Below are positions 57,764-64,000 of a stretch of 64,000 nt of DNA, one piece after another. Numbering within the stretch: the stretch's first letter is position 1; each line of letters opens with the position of its first letter. The position numbers and the translations under genes were made by a program. The notes beneath the pieces are model-generated. The model did not search any database. It was given only the letters and a program-made list of their open reading frames with translations, and was not told where the DNA came from. This DNA comes from Parvularculaceae bacterium (GTDB taxonomy: Bacteria > Pseudomonadota > Alphaproteobacteria > Caulobacterales > Parvularculaceae). The stretch is from assembly GCA_041744115.1 (NCBI GenBank), contig JBGTLL010000181.1:120-64119 (forward strand), written 5' to 3'.

Positions 57764-58976
57764 AATTGGCCGCCGGCAGCACACGCCGCGCGACGATCAG
57801 AAAGGCGACGAGGCCGCCAATCGCACAGGTCGGAATCGCCGGCGCGGCGCTCGCGCCGGGCATCTGCAATGGAATGATCCAGGCCGCGATCAGCGTCAGC
57901 CGCTCATACCGGAGCCAGCCGGTTTGGACGGCGCGCCTCGCGACAAGCATCATCGCCGGCGCCGCGATCACGATTTCATAATACAGCGCGTAGGGCGTTG
58001 CGAGAATCGCCGCAGTCGATAGCGCCGCGAGGCGCAGGTCCCAGTCCTTGACGCGCCGCCAGACCACCGCGACGTAGACTGCCAGCGCAATTGACGCCGC
58101 GATCTGCAAGCCGCTGGCAATCTCGCGCGGGGCGCCGAGCATCGTCGCGAAACCGAAAGGCGTGACGAGCTTGTTGTTGAGGAAGCCGGTCGTCCCGAGC
58201 AGCCCGCTATAGGCCGACAGGCTGTCGCCGAATGCGGCCCACGCCGCCGGGCCGTAAGCAAGGAGGCTCGCGAGCGCGAGCAGGGTCGCCGTCACGGCGG
58301 CGGCTGCAGCGGCGCGCCAGCATCCGCCCGCCAGAAAGGCGATCGGAATAAGGATGCCGAGCTGCGGCTTAATCGTCAGCAATCCAGCCGCGATCCCGGC
58401 AAGGAGCGGGCGCTTGTCGGCGAAGGCGCCGGCGACCATGATCAGTGTCGCCGTCAAGAACCCCGTCTGCCCGGTGATGAACGCCTGAAACACGGCGGGC
58501 GACGTCGCGACAAAATGGAGCGCCCATTTGTCCGGCCACAGACGGTAAAGCGTGAAAAAGAACGCGGTCCCGAACGCGGCGGCCCAGAGCGCGTAGCTCG
58601 CAAGATAGGATTGCAGCGCGAATGGCGAGATGACGAGCGACATTGTCGGCGGATACATCCAGCCGAAATTGAACGCGCCCCTGCCGGGATGGGCCGCCTC
58701 AAGCATCGCCTTCAGATTCGCCATTTCGTAGATGGCGAGCATTTCAGGCTTTCCGGCGACCCTGGCGGCGAAATGAAACACCATGAAATCGCCGCCGATA
58801 ATCGGACCGGCGGCGGTGAAAAGGTCATCCGATTCAATAATGGATTGCCCGAAAAACGACATCGGTATCAGTGAGAGAAGCGCGGCGAAAACCGCTAGCG
58901 ACATTTTAAGCCGTTTGGTCGCCAATTGATGAATGAGCGGAAGATTCTTCGCGAAGTACCCTGTGTCTGCCGTCAT
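57720..58976 (-). CDS. GT87/DUF2029 GT-C membrane glycosyltransferase 1
   Basis: GGDFMVF, WMYPP, GQTG, KPQLG. Confidence 0.85.
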   Translation of the reverse strand: MTADTGYFAKNLPLIHQLATKRLKMSLAVFAALLSLIPMSFFGQSIIESDDLFTAAGPIIGGDFMVFHFAARVAGKPEMLAIYEMANLKAMLEAAHPGRGAFNFGWMYPPTMSLVISPFALQSYLASYALWAAAFGTAFFFTLYRLWPDKWALHFVATSPAVFQAFITGQTGFLTATLIMVAGAFADKRPLLAGIAAGLLTIKPQLGILIPIAFLAGGCWRAAAAAAVTATLLALASLLAYGPAAWAAFGDSLSAYSGLLGTTGFLNNKLVTPFGFATMLGAPREIASGLQIAASIALAVYVAVVWRRVKDWDLRLAALSTAAILATPYALYYEIVIAAPAMMLVARRAVQTGWLRYERLTLIAAWIIPLQMPGASAAPAIPTCAIGGLVAFLIVARRVLPAANFMCASAKATAPAGS

Positions 58977-60247
58977 GCTGCTTTGTCAATGCAGAAAGGG
59001 AAACGGCGCGCGTCAGCACGTGTCAGGCTGACTCCCGCGGCCGGCAGTGCGCGCCTGGCGGCAATCACGAAGGCGGCGAGTGATATTGAAAAGGACACCG
59101 GGAAAGACGGGATCGTTTCTCTTCCGGGCAAAAAAAGCGTGGCAGCCCAGATGGCGATGAGCGACGAGCGCTCGCCTTTCATCCATCCGTTTTGCGACGC
59201 GTGCTTTGCAAGGACGAACAGCGGCGGAACGAGAAACGCCGCCTCGTAATAGAATGCATAGGGCGTCGCCAGCGGGGCCGCCGTTCCAAGAATGGCGAGA
59301 CGCAGGTCAATGTCACTGACGCGCCGCCAGATCAGCGCGACGAACGCGATAAGCGCGAACGAGGCGCAGGCCTGTAACAAAAGTGCGAAAGATTTTGGCG
59401 CGCCAAGAAGACTCGCCGCTCCAAAGGGGGTGATCAACTTGTGGGCCGGAAATCCGCCTTCCGCGCCCATCCGGTCGCCATGCGCGGCGATCGCGTGAAA
59501 GAACGCCTGCCAAGGATCGACGCCATGGGCGGCGATGCTGGCGCCGACAAGAAGCGCGATCACCAGCGCCGCAAAGCCGAACGCGCGCCAGCGGCCAGCC
59601 GCCGCGTAGGCGATTGGAATTAGGAGCCCCAATTGTGGCTTTACGGTCAGCAATGCGGCGGCCGTTCCGGCGACGGCCGGTCTGGTTGCGGCGAAATGGA
59701 TGCTAAGTGCGAACAAGCTTCCCGTCAGCAGTCCGGTCTGGCCAGTAATGATCGAATAAAAGACAGCCGGCGACCCGATCGCGAAGAAAATCGCAATCCG
59801 GTTTGGCCAAAGTTTCCAGAGCGTGGCAATGAAGAGGACGCCGAGCGCCAAAACCCACAGCGCAAAACTCCAAAGATATGGCGCCGCCGCGAGCGGCTTG
59901 ATGAGCAGCGACATCGTCGGCGGGTATTGCCAGCCGAACAGCATGTCGCCATGACCGGGATAGGCCTCTTTCAGGATCGCCGAGAATTTCGACATCTCGT
60001 AAATATTGACCATGTCGGGTCCGCCGGCGACCAGTGCGGCGCGGTAGAAGACGAAAAAATCAGCGCCGATGATCGGTCCGGCCAAGGTGAAAAGGCCGTC
60101 AGCGGATGATAGAAGCAGGGCGTACTGGCTCCAGGCGGTCAGGACGAAGACGGTTGCAAGAACGGCGAGCGAGAGTTTCAGGCGGTTGGTAAAGAGGCTC
60201 GCTATTAGCGGGAATCGCTGTGTGAATTTGTGGATGAGGCCGCTCAT
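58973..60247 (-). CDS. GT87/DUF2029 GT-C membrane glycosyltransferase 2
   Basis: GADFFVF, WQYPP, GQTG, KPQLG. Confidence 0.85.
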   Translation of the reverse strand: MSGLIHKFTQRFPLIASLFTNRLKLSLAVLATVFVLTAWSQYALLLSSADGLFTLAGPIIGADFFVFYRAALVAGGPDMVNIYEMSKFSAILKEAYPGHGDMLFGWQYPPTMSLLIKPLAAAPYLWSFALWVLALGVLFIATLWKLWPNRIAIFFAIGSPAVFYSIITGQTGLLTGSLFALSIHFAATRPAVAGTAAALLTVKPQLGLLIPIAYAAAGRWRAFGFAALVIALLVGASIAAHGVDPWQAFFHAIAAHGDRMGAEGGFPAHKLITPFGAASLLGAPKSFALLLQACASFALIAFVALIWRRVSDIDLRLAILGTAAPLATPYAFYYEAAFLVPPLFVLAKHASQNGWMKGERSSLIAIWAATLFLPGRETIPSFPVSFSISLAAFVIAARRALPAAGVSLTRADARRFPFCIDKAA

Positions 60248-60273
60248 ACCTTTCGTTTACCATGTGTTGATAA

Positions 60274-61341
60274 ATGAAATATTACCTGCGGATTGCAGCA
60301 CAAATGACGCCGAAGGTCGGTATGAACGCAGTAACGGCGACGCTCGGTTCGCCCCCCCCGACAAAGCGCGACCAGGCGCGACCGGAGCTGGTTTCTGTGG
60401 TATGCCCCGCATTCAATGAAGCGGAAAATCTCGTCGCTTTCCACTCGGCTGTCGACAGCGTTCTAACCCGAGTCCGCCAGCCCTATGAAATGGTCTTCGT
60501 CAACGACGGCAGCATCGACGCCACATTGAGCGTCATGCGCGCCCTAAAGGACCATCATCGCAACACTACAATCATCGATCTCAGCCGGAACTACGGCAAG
60601 GAAATCGCGATGAGCGCCGGGCTCGACCATGCGCGCGGCGACGCCGTCGTCATCATCGACGCCGATCTCCAGCATCCGCCGGGAACGATCCTCGCCATGC
60701 TCGACGGCTGGAAGGAAGGCTTCGATGTCGTCTACGGCGTGCGCCGCGACCGCGAGGGCGACACCTGGATTCGCCGCCGGACAGCGAAGGCGTTTTATCG
60801 GCTCGCAGGCCGCATCGGGCGCGTTCCAATTCCCGAAAACGCCGGCGACTTCCGGCTTCTGAGCCGCAAGGCGATTGACGCAATCCGGTCGATCCGCGAA
60901 CAGCACCGCTTCATGAAGGGCGTGTTCGCCTGGATCGGATTTCCGACCAAGGCGGTCATCTACGACATCGCGCCGCGTGCGGCGGGCGTCAGCAAGTTCG
61001 ACATCTGGAAATTGTGGAACTTCTCGATCGAGGGCCTGACATCGCATACTCTTGCGCCGTTGAAGGCTTCAACCTATTTGGGCGTCGCCGTCGCCTTTCT
61101 CGCGCTTGTCTATGGCGCCTTCGTCGTCGGCGAAACGCTGCTTCAGGGAAATCCCGTGCCCGGCTATCCGACGCTGGTGACGCTGATGCTTTTTCTGGGC
61201 GGCGTCCAGCTCATCGTCCTCGGCGTCATGGGCGAATATCTCGGCCGCGTTTTTAACGAGACGAAGAGCCGACCGCTCTATTTCGCAAATGACGTCTCGT
61301 TGTCCGACTCCCCGACGGACTCGCCGGGAAAAACTCAGTGA
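60274..61341 (+). CDS. GT2 polyprenyl-phosphate glycosyltransferase 1 (GtrB-like)
   Basis: VVCPAFNE, VNDGS, SRNYGKE, DADLQHPP, GDFRL, two C-terminal TMs. Start uncertain. Confidence 0.92.
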   Translation: MKYYLRIAAQMTPKVGMNAVTATLGSPPPTKRDQARPELVSVVCPAFNEAENLVAFHSAVDSVLTRVRQPYEMVFVNDGSIDATLSVMRALKDHHRNTTIIDLSRNYGKEIAMSAGLDHARGDAVVIIDADLQHPPGTILAMLDGWKEGFDVVYGVRRDREGDTWIRRRTAKAFYRLAGRIGRVPIPENAGDFRLLSRKAIDAIRSIREQHRFMKGVFAWIGFPTKAVIYDIAPRAAGVSKFDIWKLWNFSIEGLTSHTLAPLKASTYLGVAVAFLALVYGAFVVGETLLQGNPVPGYPTLVTLMLFLGGVQLIVLGVMGEYLGRVFNETKSRPLYFANDVSLSDSPTDSPGKTQ

Positions 61342-61778
61342 TCGCCCGATTGCGAAATCTCGCAACGGGCCACAGACGCGGCGCCTTTCTGTTCGGTCTT
61401 GTCGGATTTCTGAATTTCGCAACCGACTTCGCCGTATTCTTAGCCTTGATCTGGCTTGGCGTTCATCCCGCGATCGCCAACGTCATGTCGTTCGCCTGCG
61501 CGAATGTGCAAAGCTATCGCGTCAACGCAGCGGTGACTTTCCGGCGCGAAGGACGCTCGGCGCCGGTTTCACACAGGAGCTACGCAAAGTTCGCCGCCGC
61601 GCACGTCTTGGGCCTTGCGATATCGACGGCCTTCATTCTCGCGTTGTCGGACGCCATCGGTCCTTTCGCCGCGAAAGCGGTGTCGGTTATCTTTTCCGCC
61701 GGATCGAATTATTGCCTGAGCGCTCGATTTGTGTTCCGTCAAAAAAAGTTAACGAAGCCCGGCGCGGACGATCTTTGA
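61338..61778 (+). CDS. GtrA-family flippase 1
   Basis: Small 4-TM protein; FGLVG, AIAN, F-V-FR pattern. Confidence 0.85.
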   Translation: MIARLRNLATGHRRGAFLFGLVGFLNFATDFAVFLALIWLGVHPAIANVMSFACANVQSYRVNAAVTFRREGRSAPVSHRSYAKFAAAHVLGLAISTAFILALSDAIGPFAAKAVSVIFSAGSNYCLSARFVFRQKKLTKPGADDL

Positions 61779-61894
61779 AGCGCCAGCGGCGAGGCCGCGC
61801 AGCCGCGCTCGCTGCCCGGGCCATGGCAATCTGTTTACCATCGCGCAATAAACGAAGCGTTATCTGTTTCGGCAACGGATCCCGGAGGCGGCGG

Positions 61895-62914
61895 ATGGCA
61901 GGATCAACGGTCAGCCTGGCGGCGGTTGCGCCGCGCGCCGAGCCTTGCCCGCGGCTGCTGTCGGTCGTCTGTCCCGCCTACAATGAGGAAGACGCCCTCG
62001 ACGCCTTTGTCGCGGCGGTCGGCGCGGCCATGCGCGCGATCAGCCAGCCTTTCGAGATTATTTTCGTCAATGACGGCAGCAGCGACGCAACGCTTGACGC
62101 CATGACACGGCTGCGTTTGGCGCATGGCCGGATCGCCATTGTCGATCTCTCCCGCAATTTCGGCAAGGAGATCGCAACGACCGCGGGGCTGGACCAGGCG
62201 AAGGGCGACGCCGTCGTCGTCATCGACGCCGATTTGCAGGACCCGCCGGATGTCATAGGCGCCATGATCGATGGCTGGCGCGATGGATATGATGTAGTTT
62301 ATGCGCGCCGCCGCGAACGCCGCGGCGACGGTCCGTTCAAGCGCGTCACCGCCGCGATCTTCTACTGGATCATTCACCGCATCGGCGTCGTCAACGTACC
62401 GGAAAATGTCGGCGATTTCCGCCTGATGAGCCGCAAGGCCGTCGATGCTGTGTGTTCCATGCGCGAGCGTCACCGGTTCATGAAAGGGATATTCGCATGG
62501 ATCGGTTTTCCATCGAAGGAAGTGCTCTATGACCGCGCGCCGCGCGCCGTCGGAACGACCAAGTGGGATTACTGGCGGCTCTGGAATCTGTCTATCGAGG
62601 GGATCACTTCATCGACCCTCGCGCCGCTAAAGATCTCGACCTATTTCGGATTCCTGACCGCCTTTGTCGCCTTTCTCCTTGGCGCCTTATTCATTATCAA
62701 GACGCTTTTCTTTGGCGATCCGGTGCCCGGCTTTCCGACCCTTGTCGTCATTGTTCTCTTTCTCGGCGGCATTCAGCTGATGGTCCTCGGCGTGATCGGC
62801 GAATATCTTGGGCGCGTGTTCAATGAAACCAAACATCGGCCGCTATACTTTGCGACCGACGTTTATCCGTCAGGCGCCGAGAGCGTGCGGCCCGGCATTC
62901 GCAAGGCCATATGA
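61895..62914 (+). CDS. GT2 polyprenyl-phosphate glycosyltransferase 2 (GtrB-like)
   Basis: VVCPAYNEE, SRNFGKE, DADLQDPP, GDFRL; GGAGG RBS before ATG 61895. Confidence 0.92.
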   Translation: MAGSTVSLAAVAPRAEPCPRLLSVVCPAYNEEDALDAFVAAVGAAMRAISQPFEIIFVNDGSSDATLDAMTRLRLAHGRIAIVDLSRNFGKEIATTAGLDQAKGDAVVVIDADLQDPPDVIGAMIDGWRDGYDVVYARRRERRGDGPFKRVTAAIFYWIIHRIGVVNVPENVGDFRLMSRKAVDAVCSMRERHRFMKGIFAWIGFPSKEVLYDRAPRAVGTTKWDYWRLWNLSIEGITSSTLAPLKISTYFGFLTAFVAFLLGALFIIKTLFFGDPVPGFPTLVVIVLFLGGIQLMVLGVIGEYLGRVFNETKHRPLYFATDVYPSGAESVRPGIRKAI

Positions 62915-62915
62915 A

Positions 62916-63368
62916 ATGAACAATCCGCTATGGGCGTCGGCGACGCGGGTGCGGCGGCATTCCCGCGCGATGGCGCGATTCGGCGCGGTCGGCGTCGGCA
63001 ATCTGATCACCGAATTCGCGGTGTTCGGCCTGTTGATGCATGTCGGCTTCGCGCCCGTCGCGGCGAATGCATTCGGTTTTCTGTGCGCGAACATCCAGAG
63101 CTATGTCGTCAACGCGCATGTGACATTCCGCAAGGACGGCGCGCGGGCGCCGCTTCACTGGGCGGGCTATCGCCGGTTCTTCCTCGCCCATTGCCTGTCG
63201 CTGGCGATCTCGACCGCGTTCATCATCTGGCTCGGACCCCGGATCGGCCCGTTTCCCGCAAAAGCGGCGGCCGTCGGCTTTGGCTTTCTCGCCAATTACA
63301 CGATGAGCGCGCTGTTTGTCTTTCGTGATCAAGGCTCACGCGACAGCGGTTCCGAAGCGCCCCGCTGA
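62916..63368 (+). CDS. GtrA-family flippase 2
   Basis: RFGAVGVGN, AANAFG, NAHVTF. Confidence 0.85.
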   Translation: MNNPLWASATRVRRHSRAMARFGAVGVGNLITEFAVFGLLMHVGFAPVAANAFGFLCANIQSYVVNAHVTFRKDGARAPLHWAGYRRFFLAHCLSLAISTAFIIWLGPRIGPFPAKAAAVGFGFLANYTMSALFVFRDQGSRDSGSEAPR

Positions 63369-63481
63369 CGCGCTATGGTCTCGCCATGGCGCCACACGAG
63401 CGACCTTCCAGCGCCGAACCGGTCGCGGCGCTGCTTGAGTTCAACGCCGGCGATGAGACCGCCGAGGGGCCCGAATAGCGC

Positions 63482-64000
63482 CTATCGCAAGGGAAACGGC
63501 GGGCGCGCCGGGGTCGTACGCCGGGGTTCGTTCTCATACGGGCGGTGTTCGGCAAAACTTCCGACGTCGTGATCATCCGCATAAAGATCGCCATCGGGAT
63601 GGCCTGAATCATTGTCCGCCGCCGGTTGCGGAAGCCGGCGCGATCCGCCGGGTTGAAGGGCGGGGGCCGGGGCCGCGTCGATGTCCATTTCCGCGCGCCA
63701 TTCACTCTCGGCGGGCGCCGGCGCCCTTTCGCCCGCGATGTCGCGCACGGCTTCCCTTGGGGTCGGCCGCGAGCGCCCGAAGCTCATTTCAAGCGCCGCG
63801 ACCCGCTCGCGCAGACGTTCAACTTCGGCGAGTACGCGGTTTGCGTCATTCTCGGCCGAAAATGCGCTGTCCGCGGGGGCCGCATCCCGCATGACCGCGC
63901 TGATCGTATGCAATGTCGCCATCAGTGTCGTCGGCGAGACGATCCAAACGCGTGCGCGATAGCTGTCCTGCACGACTTCGGGGAAGCGCGCGTGAAATTC
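63482..64000 (-). CDS. rmuC: DNA recombination protein RmuC, C-terminal part
   Basis: FPEVVQDSYRARVWIVSPTTLMATL; low-complexity tail; runs off the right edge. Confidence 0.85.
   Translation of the reverse strand, partial: EFHARFPEVVQDSYRARVWIVSPTTLMATLHTISAVMRDAAPADSAFSAENDANRVLAEVERLRERVAALEMSFGRSRPTPREAVRDIAGERAPAPAESEWRAEMDIDAAPAPALQPGGSRRLPQPAADNDSGHPDGDLYADDHDVGSFAEHRPYENEPRRTTPARPPFPLR

Overview
High-GC alphaproteobacterial chromosome segment (Caulobacterales/Parvularculales-like gene content; the taxonomy is inference). Left to right it holds: (i) an alternative cytochrome c oxidase/c4/CtaG/b561 cluster with EcfG-like promoters, followed by lldD; (ii) a small alpha-glucoside utilisation locus (TBDR, LacI, GH13, MFS); (iii) a 19 kb maltodextrin/starch utilisation locus carrying two tryptophan-halogenase-like genes and a DUF6445-type gene; (iv) a 2.6 kb decayed integrative element (IS630, HipA-like kinase fragment, integrase relic); (v) a 17 kb TonB-dependent peptide/D-amino-acid utilisation locus; (vi) tRNA-Phe(GAA); (vii) core genes queF, PPIase, NUDIX, cysE, IS debris, recR and a Rieske oxygenase; (viii) a doubled GtrA/GT2/GT87 glycosylation cassette and the 3' end of rmuC. 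The main structural observation is that three copies of the tRNA-Phe 3' end (11671, 30717, 33328) lie downstream of the tRNA in the same orientation. They fall exactly at the borders of blocks iii, iv and v. The region therefore reads as a tandem stack of nutrient-foraging islands accreted at tRNA-Phe, none with an intact integrase in this window. All family assignments come from motif recognition by eye; no database searches were run.
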